From positions 1 through 64,000 of IMG/VR virus record IMGVR_UViG_3300032173_000003: a stretch of 64,000 nucleotides of DNA, one strand, 5' to 3'. Below are positions 37,620 through 47,536 of this stretch, in pieces (within the stretch, counting starts at the first letter, position 1; each line of letters starts with the position of its first letter). Both the position numbers and the translations under genes were made by a program. The notes beneath the pieces were generated by a model that saw only the letters and a program-made list of their open reading frames with translations, searched no databases and was not told the DNA's origin. Origin of the DNA: a virus.

Positions 37620-37921
37620 GAATCTTTACCGACGCTAGGATTGAAGGACTAAAACTAGGTACAGGGCAGGTGCCATACCAAACCGGGCAATATCCCGTTT
37701 TTCTAAACGTTATTTACCCCAAAGAAGCTGGAATAAGTTCCTCTTTCTTTTTCGTTTAGGGACATCTGTCCAGAAGTTCCTCACCGTAACTGTTTCACCG
37801 TTACCTAGGTCTATGTTTGACGTAGGTTTGGAACGGTCCCGATTAAAGAACCCTTGCTGAAAAGCCTCAGAAATTGCAGGGTTTGCTAAGATGGCCCTGA
37901 GCTGGGGGGAAATGATGCCCT

Positions 37922-39388
37922 TCACGATAACCCGAACGCTGTACCAACTGGGGCGTAACGCTCGGCATAGACCGCATTCTTCATAACCTCGATGGGAGTA
38001 ATCACCTTGCCGGTAAGAACCGATGTGAGGATTGAAGGGCTGCAGCCAGAAACAAGGCAAGTGCCCGTATCGTGCATCTTCATGGGGACGTTGCCCCCGG
38101 CGTTAACATTCCAGAACACAAGCTCAGGCAAAGAATATCCAGCTTGGGCGTACTTGATTCGGATTGCTTCAAAGTTTGTAACTGAAGCCCCTGTGCAACA
38201 CCGGTCAAACTCCATGTCTGAAACAATGATGAGCTTGCGGGGCATGTCTCCTTCGGGGACATTGTTTCTAACCGCAGTATTCAACACCAGGTTAAATACC
38301 GCTTGAAGGTCCGTACTCATCCCCCAAGCTGCATTGGAAAGGTTCCTGATGCGTTGGGCAATTGTTTGACCAGTTACAGTTTGCAGTTCGGGAGTTGAAG
38401 AGAAAGTCAAGAACTTGTCTTTCCAGATCCCAGTGTTGCGCTCCGAGATATACATCGCCATAGAGATGGAAACTGCCATAGGAGTTCCATACATGGAGCC
38501 AGAGACGTCAGCAACAACAAGTCCGTTAAACTCTTGACCCTCCATGTAGTTAGGCAGAGCCTCCCACATTAGGTTCAGGGTTTGGTCACTGGATTCACCT
38601 TTGTTCAGGTACTTGTCTACGATTTCGTAAGGATAGATGGTGCCAGCATTAATCTTAGCCTCACCCTTTTCAACAGCATTGAGGTACGTTTGGTAACGTT
38701 CCCCATCACGTTTTGCGAAAGCCTTGCGATACATAAAGCCAGCCCGAGAAGGCAACTTGCTGTAATCAATATTTTCCCATTCACGGGAGCACATTGCTTG
38801 TTCGACAATTCGGATTTGCGTACGAAGGGCGGTGAGAGCCTTGCGGTATTGGCGCTCAGACCAACCCATTGCTTCGGCAATCTTGCGGCCGATGCGCTTT
38901 GATTCTTTACTGGAAGCATTAACCGAAGGCAGCCACTTTGCAAGTAGGGAAACAGAGTTTCCTACTTCCGTATTCAAGTCAGTGGTAAGCTGAGTCTTGA
39001 TGGCGTTCAAGGCAACATCCCAGACCAGGGTTCCCTCAAGTACCACCAAGTCGTCCCAACGTCCGAACTCAGGAATCAGACCGACAAGTTTAGCGCCGAT
39101 TGTAGCGTCACTGCGCACAAGTTCCTTAAACAGTTCACGGAAGATTTTGCGCTCACCTTGGCCTCCACGAATGTCGCGAGCCCAAAATAGAATCCTGGCT
39201 GCAGTTTCTGCGTCTTCGGCGTAAGCCAGGTTGAATAGGCGAACGGCTTCAGGCACATTGTCACGGCAGGCCGCAATCTTACCAAAAAGGTCAAGATTCT
39301 TGGAACCTGTGGACTTATAGGCTTTTGCGCCGTTTGCAGTCGTGGTGGTATTGAAGTTGTTCTCTAGAGCGTTTAGAAATGTCGTCAT
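37922..39388 (-). CDS. Ro60/TROVE-like helical domain + vWA protein (DUF2828-type)
   Basis: FWARDIRGGQGER, FGRWDDL, LLAKWLPS; vWA MIDAS DVSGSM, SDMEFD, VFWNV, VSGCSP. Confidence 0.85.
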   Translation of the reverse strand: MTTFLNALENNFNTTTTANGAKAYKSTGSKNLDLFGKIAACRDNVPEAVRLFNLAYAEDAETAARILFWARDIRGGQGERKIFRELFKELVRSDATIGAKLVGLIPEFGRWDDLVVLEGTLVWDVALNAIKTQLTTDLNTEVGNSVSLLAKWLPSVNASSKESKRIGRKIAEAMGWSERQYRKALTALRTQIRIVEQAMCSREWENIDYSKLPSRAGFMYRKAFAKRDGERYQTYLNAVEKGEAKINAGTIYPYEIVDKYLNKGESSDQTLNLMWEALPNYMEGQEFNGLVVADVSGSMYGTPMAVSISMAMYISERNTGIWKDKFLTFSSTPELQTVTGQTIAQRIRNLSNAAWGMSTDLQAVFNLVLNTAVRNNVPEGDMPRKLIIVSDMEFDRCCTGASVTNFEAIRIKYAQAGYSLPELVFWNVNAGGNVPMKMHDTGTCLVSGCSPSILTSVLTGKVITPIEVMKNAVYAERYAPVGTAFGLS

Positions 39389-39400
39389 TTTTCTTTGTGC

Positions 39401-39450
39401 AAGTTGATTGTTTTGTGTGTTTAAGATACAAGTTATGGCTGTATCAACTT
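39401..39450 (-). promoter_or_regulatory. stem+CAGCCA motif copy in the 5' leader of the TROVE-like gene
   Basis: AAGTTGAT A CAGCCA ... ATCAACTT, ending 12 nt before the ATG. Confidence 0.7.
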
Positions 39451-39566
39451 TGATCCCGATGGCTGAACCACCGTTCTGTGCCTAGTATAGCAAGGGGGGC
39501 TAAGGGGGTAAACTCCGTTCCCGCTTCCTGGGTCTATTGTAGCACGGTGGAGGGAGGGTAAATGCC

Positions 39567-39812
39567 TCAGCTTTCCAACTCGTTTGCGATGGCAAGAAGT
39601 TCGTGTCGTATTAGTTGAGCTTTATGGTTCATCCCCCATATCATAGTTTCCCTATGATTTTCAAGATTTTCCTGAGGTTTGATTTCCATAAAAGGTAACA
39701 GCTCATTTACAGCAGTTCGCAGGGCGGTGGCCACTGCCGCTTCCAATTCGTCACAGTTTTCGTAGGCATCCCTAATTGCCTGTGCGACAGGAGACAGTGA
39801 TTGGTCAGTCAT
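39567..39812 (-). CDS. modular hypothetical protein (LSPVAQA family)
   Basis: LSPVAQAIRDA...ATALR...LLAIANELE. Confidence 0.65.
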   Translation of the reverse strand: MTDQSLSPVAQAIRDAYENCDELEAAVATALRTAVNELLPFMEIKPQENLENHRETMIWGMNHKAQLIRHELLAIANELES

Positions 39813-39907
39813 TTGGCAGGGCCTCCAGGGCGCGGCGGATTAGCTTTTCTTGATTCGTTGGTCCAAGCATGTGATCTTCGATTTCGGAAGGGATGATGTC
39901 CATTGTG

Positions 39908-40390
39908 TCAGAGTTTGAAAGGAGAGACGATAATACGAGGTTCAACATAAACAGGGCGGGTTTTGCCATTACCACTGGGGTCTGAACACATCACCCAAGA
40001 CCCTTCTGCACTACTCGGAGAGAACAAACCATCGGGGTCTGCTTGAGGGAGAGTTGCACCAGCAGTGCCTACATACTTCTCAGGATTGGTGTATTGTGTG
40101 GCAGCAGGAATAGCATAACCGACAGAGTTACACAGAAACACAGGACGACCAGTAGTTTCAGGAACAGTGTAAGTATAAGTTACCAAACCGTCTTGGTCAC
40201 GCATCTCAATAATCTGCTTCATCAACTTACGTGTGCGGAAGTTTTTGATAGCAGGCATACCAGTTTGTGCCGTGCCCTCTTGAAGCATACGTTCTTGTTG
40301 TACTCGTTGCGTATCATCAGAACTTTCTGCACATCCAGTCAAGGTCACACCGAGAAAGGCAATGGAAGCAATAGCAAGAAAGGGTTTCAT
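39908..40390 (-). CDS. lipoprotein
   Basis: Lipobox LTGC; TQYTNP, LPQADPDGLFSP, YVEP. Confidence 0.75.
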   Translation of the reverse strand: MKPFLAIASIAFLGVTLTGCAESSDDTQRVQQERMLQEGTAQTGMPAIKNFRTRKLMKQIIEMRDQDGLVTYTYTVPETTGRPVFLCNSVGYAIPAATQYTNPEKYVGTAGATLPQADPDGLFSPSSAEGSWVMCSDPSGNGKTRPVYVEPRIIVSPFKL

Positions 40391-40392
40391 AA

Positions 40393-40710
40393 TCAGTTAG
40401 GGAGGTTGGAAATAAAAGACTGAAGACCAGAAGGCATAGCATCAGCAGGAACTTCAATAGCACGATGCCTAATCACATCAGCAAGTGCTTTTTTGTGTTC
40501 GGGAGATGCTTTAATGTACTCAAATTGCATATTTTGCAACTCTTGCACAGCACCAGTTCGGAAAGACTTTGATTGCTCAAAAGTATTCCTCCGAACATTC
40601 TCGTACTTGGGGGCAAAGAATGAGGTGAATAAAAGGTCATGGTAGGTGATGCCCCAGGTCAGGGCACCGACGCCTACCACACCACCAACAATAGCAAGAA
40701 AGGGTTTCAT
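40393..40710 (-). CDS. membrane-anchored partner of the lipoprotein
   Basis: N-terminal TM; ENVRRNTFEQSKSF; same MKPFLAI start as its neighbour. Confidence 0.7.
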   Translation of the reverse strand: MKPFLAIVGGVVGVGALTWGITYHDLLFTSFFAPKYENVRRNTFEQSKSFRTGAVQELQNMQFEYIKASPEHKKALADVIRHRAIEVPADAMPSGLQSFISNLPN

Positions 40711-41178
40711 AAGTTTCAGTTGTGAGTATTCATGGAAAAATTTTCAGGGCCAGGGTGCTGGTTTTCCAAGTACCAGGGAGACGGTTACCCCGCTTCCCGA
40801 CAATAACGGGCAAATCACCAACCATTTCAACCACTGTGTCAATGTCGAACACCTCCAAAGTAGCCATATTGTGACTACCAAACCAACGAGTTCTACCCGT
40901 AGCTCTGGCAATCAGGCGGCTCCCCCTGGCATCTTCCAGGGCAAACTCCCCCTCTTCAAGACACAGGTCCTGGGGAGCTACAGGCAGAACATCCCACCAA
41001 CCCCACCAACCACGTTTCCGGCCATTGGGGGCTGCGTCACAGTGACTAGCACTGAAACCGTTGCGAGTGATGGGACTGAAGGTTGCGGTGGCGAACATGG
41101 AAGACTCCGTGTTGGTTGCTGTGTATATTGTAGCACGACGGGGGAGAAAGTTCAAACCCCCCCCCCAACCCGTGACCA

Positions 41179-41835
41179 TCAGGCAGCCAGGATAGCATCC
41201 AGCAGATTAGCCGATTGGAAGTCCCGGAAATCTTCTTCCAGCTCGGCCCTGGCACCCTCACCAGCCATCTTAGCCAGACAGATGGGGCCGATGCCACCGA
41301 AGACGCTCACAGGGTCAACCAGGCCCCGACCGCAGCAGCTACAGGTTCCGGTCTTGCGGCCATATGCCACAGCAGCGTTCTTGGGGTCGTTGGCAACCTG
41401 GGCCAAAGTTTCAGCTACGCTGGTGCTACCGTCAAAGGTACCAGTGCGGCTAATTTTACCAACATAGGCCCCGTTCTGGTATACGTAGGCGGCACCGGCA
41501 TTGTATCCCTTGGTGACTGCCTTGACGGTAGCACCTTCGAAGCGGAGGATAACCTGGCGCTTGGCTTTCTCCTGCATCTTGGCAGTCAGAGTAACCAATC
41601 CCAGGAAAGGTCCCACCGTCTCAGGAGCTTTGCGAGCATTCAGGGTATCCTGGGCAGTCTTCAGAGCCCACATCTGTTGCTTGTGGCTAGGGCTGCCAGC
41701 GTAGAAGCCAGCCAGGATCCAGTCAATGAAGCTGCTAGCGGGCAGAGTAGCCACGATCTCTTGGGCTTGCTCGATGCTCAAGTCAGTGGTGAAGGTGATG
41801 AGTTTGCCAGCAGCAGTGACGACTTGGTAGTTCAT
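41179..41835 (-). CDS. DUF6011-like Zn-ribbon protein
   Basis: YGRKTGTCSCCGRGL.DP.S...GIGPIC. Confidence 0.75.
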   Translation of the reverse strand: MNYQVVTAAGKLITFTTDLSIEQAQEIVATLPASSFIDWILAGFYAGSPSHKQQMWALKTAQDTLNARKAPETVGPFLGLVTLTAKMQEKAKRQVILRFEGATVKAVTKGYNAGAAYVYQNGAYVGKISRTGTFDGSTSVAETLAQVANDPKNAAVAYGRKTGTCSCCGRGLVDPVSVFGGIGPICLAKMAGEGARAELEEDFRDFQSANLLDAILAA

Positions 41836-42866
41836 GAGGGGGAAGGGGTGATTGCCTTACCCCTTTATTGTAAACCATGGAAGGAGCAGTGTCAACCCCC
41901 TTGCCCTTAGTGGAGGATCGTGGCTGCGGTTTGACTTTTGAAAACTTTCATGGCTTCCGCCTTGATCTGGGCGCAAGTGAAAAAGCGTCCACCCATTCTG
42001 TAGTTGCGGTAAGGAAGCATCGTCGGTTTCATCCCGGCTTCGGTGAGAACTGCCAGGGCTTGGCCGATGTTGAGTGACTGAGTGGCCATGGTGCCGTGAT
42101 TGGTTGCGCTACCCTCAAATTGTAGCAGCTTAATCTGTTAGGTGCAAGTCTGCGCAGCCGGTTCAGCTGTGATCTCACTTGAGGAGGCTTCCAACGGGGG
42201 TCAAGACTCTGGGTACGGCTCTCCAAAAATCATCTGATAGAAAAGCTTTGCTGCCTCACTGCTCCTGGCAAACTCGTCATCTTCCTCATTTAAGAGGTCG
42301 GAGTTAGGCTCTGTGGCGAGGTCGTCAGTGTCGTGTGCAAGTTGGTTTGACATTGAGAGGGGAGCTAATCCTTTATCTTAGCACAATGCTATAGCAAGGT
42401 CAAGGTGTGGATACCCACCCCCCACGAATGTCAGGCACATAGAGAAACTCTTCTCCATTGTCGTATGCCTGAGTTATGCTATAAGCCTCGGCCATCACAA
42501 TTTCCAGAAGTTCTTGGTTCCCGTTCTCAAAGTGGAAATGTGTTTGATTGGCTAAATCAGTTAGTTTTACCAGAAGGATTTCCTCCAGAGTGTCGGGGTT
42601 CATTAGTCTCATCTACGATGTTTAAGGCAGCTATTGACTTCGCCATTTCAGTATGGCACGGGCGAACCTGATGGCTTCGTCATACAGAGAAAAATAGCGA
42701 CTAGATTTATCCCACAGCCTGCATATTTCATCCTCTGTCAGTTCTTGCGGCTCGGGCTCAACATGTAGGGCATCATTCATTTCGTGAATGACGGTCCAAT
42801 AGTCTTCACCATTGCCCCACTTATCAACGAGTTTGGCGCACAGGGATTTCCAGTAGTTGGGGTCAG

Positions 42867-43163
42867 TCATGGTAGCACCCTTGAATAGTGTCCGTGGGCT
42901 TTCAGAAGGTAGCGAATGCGGGGGAGAGCTTGGGCGGCACGTTCTTCACACCATTGCAAGTCATCTCCTTCCTCACGCTCAGCGTCCCCAATGTCAGCTA
43001 AGGCAGCTTCAGCATAGGCCAATGCGGAAAGTAAACCGTCACGGTCGTTTAAAGCATGGGAATAACTCCCGGCACTAAACTTGTCGTGATAGATAAGTTT
43101 TTCGCGTTCAGTGTCTGTTAAATTTTTGAAAACTACTGTGTGAAACTGGTTGGAGTCAATCAT
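42867..43163 (-). CDS. hypothetical protein
   Basis: Gene chain with overlaps. Confidence 0.6.
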   Translation of the reverse strand: MIDSNQFHTVVFKNLTDTEREKLIYHDKFSAGSYSHALNDRDGLLSALAYAEAALADIGDAEREEGDDLQWCEERAAQALPRIRYLLKAHGHYSRVLP

Positions 43164-43464
43164 TTGATCTCATTGATTTGATGAAGGGCCTAATGAAAGC
43201 CCAAGCCGTTTTAGCTATGTCCACAAGGAGAGGCTCTTGGGCGTCTACCCCAGGTTTGGGGAGACGGGGCTCATACCCAACAGCATCGGGACCGCATAGT
43301 TTTTTGTTTTCTCTAGCGGTCAGGCACCAATATTCGTCTTTGGTTGATGTTCCGTGCAAATAGTTATCGACGGTGAAAGTGTACTTCTTGCAGGTGGGGG
43401 TGAAATCATCGCTGTCATCGCAATGCTCGCAACTGTAGCAGGATTTTAAGGGGGTGTCAGTCAT
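43156..43464 (-). CDS. Cys-rich hypothetical protein
   Basis: CYSCEHC...C...CGPDA; 5' end duplicated at 45179..45208. Confidence 0.65.
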   Translation of the reverse strand: MTDTPLKSCYSCEHCDDSDDFTPTCKKYTFTVDNYLHGTSTKDEYWCLTARENKKLCGPDAVGYEPRLPKPGVDAQEPLLVDIAKTAWAFIRPFIKSMRSND

Positions 43465-43923
43465 GGTCGGTGTTTATCAATCATAGATTTCAGTCTCGTT
43501 TTCAAGTTTGTTCAAGACGGTTCGGCGGGTCGGGATGCCAAGGGCCATTCTCAGGGTGTCCACCTCGTGAATGAGCAACCTCACCATGTCTAATGGAGCA
43601 ACTTCACACTCAGGGTAAACCTTGCTGACTTCTGAGGCGATGCGGAGGTATTCGGCCCTGTAGTAGTCTATTTCGTTTGGGATTGTCATTGCTCAACAGC
43701 AGTGTAAGGTGTAAACCCCAGCTCAAAAAGGTCCCCCTCCCTGTTGACGTATAGAAGTTTAGGCTCCTCACCGTCCGGATACCACCAAGCAAACCGGTTT
43801 CTCACAATTTTAAGTCTTTCTGACGGGGAGGTTTTCCCCCTTAACAGCGTGTAAATAAGGCCGTCAGGGTACTGAGTACAGGGGGGTAGCAGGTTCACGC
43901 CTTTTGCGCCATCGAACCCGGCT

Positions 43924-44211
43924 TCAGTTGGTGTCATCATTGTTATTTGTGTAAGGTCCAGGGATAATCCACTGTAGGTTTAAACTTTTGCATTGGGCGC
44001 AGAATTCATCGACCCCTTCAGCCCAAACATACCCGATTCCACGGGCATTTACGTAAATTGAGTCAGTGCCGGTCTCACATCGTGTGCTACAAACATCTCG
44101 GCACCCTTCATAGTCTACAATGCAAACCACGGATTGGTTTTTTGCCAGCTCATACAAGGTTGCATAGTCTGAAGATAAATTGTAACCAGAAATGTCTCTT
44201 ACTGAGGTCAT
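43924..44211 (-). CDS. hypothetical phage protein
   Basis: VVCIVDY..CRDVC...ARGIGY. Confidence 0.6.
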   Translation of the reverse strand: MTSVRDISGYNLSSDYATLYELAKNQSVVCIVDYEGCRDVCSTRCETGTDSIYVNARGIGYVWAEGVDEFCAQCKSLNLQWIIPGPYTNNNDDTN

Positions 44212-44319
44212 ATGTGTTAGTTAAGTGTTGTGAGGGTTGCAAGAATTACCGTTGACAGCCAGTCCAAGACTCGAATTGTACTGTCATCCATGGTTGGTTT
44301 CCGGGTTCACATGGTAGTA

Positions 44320-45159
44320 TCATACAGCATAGTCCCCCCTGTTGTCAAGGGGTTCCTGTAGGAGTCTCATTCTGTTTGACGTATCAATCCCCCTTGCTTT
44401 TTGGTAACTTGAAAGACTACCAGCATTTGTAGTAAAACCAGTTACCGTGCATTGCCATCTCTGAGACAGGGCAATGGCTAAATTTTCTCTTGCCTTTTCT
44501 CTTTGCTCCGGGGTCTTACTTGCCGCCCTCTTCTTTGCAATTTCACTTCTTTGCTCCGGGGTCTTACTTGCCGCCCTCTTCTTTGCAATTTCACTTCTTT
44601 GCTCCGGGGTCTTACTTGCCGCCCTCTTCTTTGCAACTTCACTTCTTTGCTCCGGGGTCTTATTTGCCGCCCTCTTCTTTGCAACTTCACTTCTTTGCTC
44701 AGGAGTCATACTTGCCTGCGCCTTCCTTACCCTCTTACTTCTTTGCTCAGGAGTCATACTTGCCGCCGCTTTCCTTCCCCTCTTACTTCTTTGCTCAGGA
44801 GTCATACTTGCCGCCGCTTTCCTTGCCACCTCACTTCTTTGCTCCGGTGTTGAATTCTTCAAGTATTCCGTATTACAAAATCTCTCATTAGCATTGTGTT
44901 TATTGGCAAATTTCGGATTCAATCCAACGTCATAGAAACGGTGAAGAATCCTCTCATCCTTATTCGCCTCTTCTCTGGTCTCATAAGTCCCTAGTATAAT
45001 CTTACTAGTTGGTAGAAATGACTTATCGCTAAATGAACCAAAATACTTCACATCTTCTTCCGGCTTACAGTTACAGCTTCTCACCCCGATGTAACCCCTA
45101 CCAAACTCTTCATACGAGTAGTAAGTATAATGGTATTTTTTGTGAAGGTCGGTTCTCAT
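44320..45159 (-). CDS. GIY-YIG-like homing endonuclease with tandem 16-aa repeats
   Basis: YTYYSYEEFGRGYIG.RS...YFGSF; about seven TPEQRSE.AKKRAASK units. Confidence 0.8.
   Translation of the reverse strand: MRTDLHKKYHYTYYSYEEFGRGYIGVRSCNCKPEEDVKYFGSFSDKSFLPTSKIILGTYETREEANKDERILHRFYDVGLNPKFANKHNANERFCNTEYLKNSTPEQRSEVARKAAASMTPEQRSKRGRKAAASMTPEQRSKRVRKAQASMTPEQRSEVAKKRAANKTPEQRSEVAKKRAASKTPEQRSEIAKKRAASKTPEQRSEIAKKRAASKTPEQREKARENLAIALSQRWQCTVTGFTTNAGSLSSYQKARGIDTSNRMRLLQEPLDNRGDYAV
44497..44850. repeat. 48-bp coding tandem repeat (about 7 units)
   Basis: Repeated TTCTTTGCTCCGGGGTCTTACTTGCCGCCCTCTTCTTTGCAA-type units. Confidence 0.9.
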
Positions 45160-45367
45160 GATTTTGCTTCTGCGGGTACTCGCAACTGTAGCAGGATTTT
45201 AGGGGGGTTTCAATTGTTCCAGTGCCGGATTACGCCAGCAACGATAAAGATGTTGGTAGTCAGGTAGCTGAGCAGGATGACTAAGCGGACCATAGCGATG
45301 CGGTCAGCAATGCTAGGGTCGGGGTGCGCCTTCTCGCCTAAGGCTTTGGCGAGGATACGCCAGCGGC

Positions 45368-45628
45368 TCACTGCGCAGCCTCCAGCTCGGCGGCGATGGC
45401 GAGGAAGCCCTCGGCAACATCCATTGCTCCTTGTTTCCATCCTTTGCCCCAATCAGTTGACGGAATGCCTGTTACGACTGTTCGCCTAGCCTGATCAGCA
45501 GCAGCTCGCAGGGCGGCGGCGATGCCTTGGCGAGTTGTTCCGGCTTGGTCAAATGCGGAGTCGGCAGCATCCAGCACCGCCTGGGCGGCGGGGGAGAGTT
45601 GCGTATCGGGTGCGGTTGTTTTGCTCAT
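45368..45628 (-). CDS. modular hypothetical protein (LSPAAQAVLDA family)
   Basis: LSPAAQAVLDAAD...IAAALRAAADQ...LAIAAELE. Confidence 0.7.
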   Translation of the reverse strand: MSKTTAPDTQLSPAAQAVLDAADSAFDQAGTTRQGIAAALRAAADQARRTVVTGIPSTDWGKGWKQGAMDVAEGFLAIAAELEAAQ

Positions 45629-45817
45629 GAATCGCGCAGTTCGGCAGCATTCATCATCTCAGGACAATGCCGTTCCATTATGCCATAAAGTTCCTCCATA
45701 AGGTCTCCGTAGCAATTAAGATCTTCAACCGGATTCAGGGCAGAGGCAATTTGTTCAAGAATTTCGTTTGGGGTGAGTTTCATGGGGAGTTGCATATCGG
45801 GGGTGATTGGGGGTTGG

Positions 45818-46549
45818 TCAGTCATTGGTGGCCTCGGGGGTGGGTAGGGCGTTGGTTGGGGCCGGCACAGGCACTATTTCAACTATTCCCGGTATCCAGT
45901 ACCGCCCCTGTTCATCCCACCATCCCTCACGCCCCGGCAGGCGCTCGCTTACCGCCACTGGCTGCGGCGTGGGGTTGTTGATTTCATGCAATCGCCTGAC
46001 CACCTCAGCTAGTTCTGCTGGGGGTTGCGGCGTGGGGCGGCCCCAGCGGGCAACGACGGCTTTTAACCCGCGCAGGTGAATTTCGTCAGCAGTGCCACCT
46101 TCTGATAGACACGCCTTGTAAAATGCCTCTAGCAGTTCCTGGTCTCGGCCAGTGTGCTCAGCGTCGATGTAACTCGGGGGCAGCTCCGGCTGGGCTAGGG
46201 CGGCGCGGGCGCGGTTAATCACAGCGGAGAGGTTTGCGGTCCACCGGCTAACCGACATGCCTTCATCGGCATCATGTGCGTCAATAATCTCAGCGCACAG
46301 GGCGCGGAAGGTGTCAGTCGCTACCGGCGAGTTACCAGGATCGTCTCGGTCTATGGCAATCAACCGATCCATCTTGTCCTGGGGAGGCTGCGCAGCCTCC
46401 AGCGCCTCGATGCGGTCGCGGAGTTCAAGGATGCAGGCGGCGGGATCGATGCTGTCGGCGTACAGCTCAATGAATTCCCACTGTTCGGGCGTGGCGCGGT
46501 GTTGATTAGTCATTGGGTAGGGCCTCCAGAGTTTCACGAAGATCATCAA
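45818..46549 (-). CDS. mosaic modular hypothetical protein
   Basis: Fuses QHRATPEQW, FRALCAE, ARAALAQPE, ARWG.P and VSERLPG modules; start probably MTNQH. Confidence 0.7.
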   Translation of the reverse strand: MMIFVKLWRPYPMTNQHRATPEQWEFIELYADSIDPAACILELRDRIEALEAAQPPQDKMDRLIAIDRDDPGNSPVATDTFRALCAEIIDAHDADEGMSVSRWTANLSAVINRARAALAQPELPPSYIDAEHTGRDQELLEAFYKACLSEGGTADEIHLRGLKAVVARWGRPTPQPPAELAEVVRRLHEINNPTPQPVAVSERLPGREGWWDEQGRYWIPGIVEIVPVPAPTNALPTPEATND

Positions 46550-46727
46550 TAGCGTTTTGAGTACTTTGATACTTGTCTGCTACGTCCCTGATGTGCTCAA
46601 GTTTTTGTAACAGTTGTTCCTTCAAGCTCGGCGGCTCAGGGCGGCGGCGAGTGCCTGGCGCTCATCGTCGTCAACCACGAACCATTCCGACATGGCATCC
46701 AGCACCGCCTGAGCAGTAAGGGAAAGG

Positions 46728-47105
46728 TTAGACATACTGGTTTACCGCTCGATTGTAAAAGTCATTGAGTGCTTTGAGTACACTGGGCTCCAGCACAACT
46801 ACAGGTTCGTTACGATGGTCGTTTACAGTTAGAGAAACGGAATACCCGTCAAACTGGGCATACACGCCGTGTCCTAGGTGTTCAGTCCAAGGGTCATTCA
46901 TTTTAGGTTGAGGGATTAGTTTTACGGTTTGCTCCACCCATCCCCGATTAGTTGAGGGAGCTGTTAGCCTGAGTACGTGAGTAAACCAGTCCTTATACGA
47001 GCCGGTATAGAGGGAAATGCCAAGAATAGTGGATAGACCGTCAGCCTCGCCACTACACCACGTAGGGTACTTGTCCCCCACTTTGAGGGCATCGGTAATA
47101 ACCAT
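46728..47105 (-). CDS. hypothetical protein
   Basis: 125-aa ORF. Confidence 0.6.
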   Translation of the reverse strand: MVITDALKVGDKYPTWCSGEADGLSTILGISLYTGSYKDWFTHVLRLTAPSTNRGWVEQTVKLIPQPKMNDPWTEHLGHGVYAQFDGYSVSLTVNDHRNEPVVVLEPSVLKALNDFYNRAVNQYV

Positions 47106-47536
47106 GATTTTGTTTAGTAGCTATGTTGGGGGGGGGTAAGTAAAATTACTTAACAACAACCCTGCTCAGGAAGTTGGAGCGGCTTGCTTTGGCCTGGCGG
47201 ACAGCCTGGGGCTTTGCCTTGCCTTTGTGCTTACGTCCCTTTTGACGGGGACCCAGTTTGCAACGGATTGAATCGTTTTCCATCGGTGAACCGTGCCTTG
47301 TTCCCCCTATTGTAGCAGCTTATGACCACGGGGTCAACGGTTTGCCCAGCCTCACCCGAACCCGTGCTCATCCCAGAAAAGGTTAGCTTCATATAGGCCG
47401 CCGTACCAAATGGCCGTAAATAACCAGAATAGGCATATAGTTGCAAGCAGGAAAGGATAAATAAGCAGTCGCCTCAGGATGACAAACCACGGCAACAAAC
47501 CTGTGCGTCTGTTTTCGGGCCAGCGCAGAATCTTGA

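Noticed and set aside
40646-41910. Long plus-strand ORFs here and at 13816, 20791, 47726 and 55324
   Set aside because: They are antisense to motif-bearing minus-strand genes, have no recognisable motifs, and all promoters point the other way
44253-44287. tRNA 3' remnant or attachment site (TTCGAGT-CTTGG)
   Set aside because: The T-stem does not pair and no other arms are present; better read as a simple hairpin
44474-44935. Plus-strand hydrophobic repeat ORFs
   Set aside because: Antisense shadows of the 48-bp coding repeat in the endonuclease
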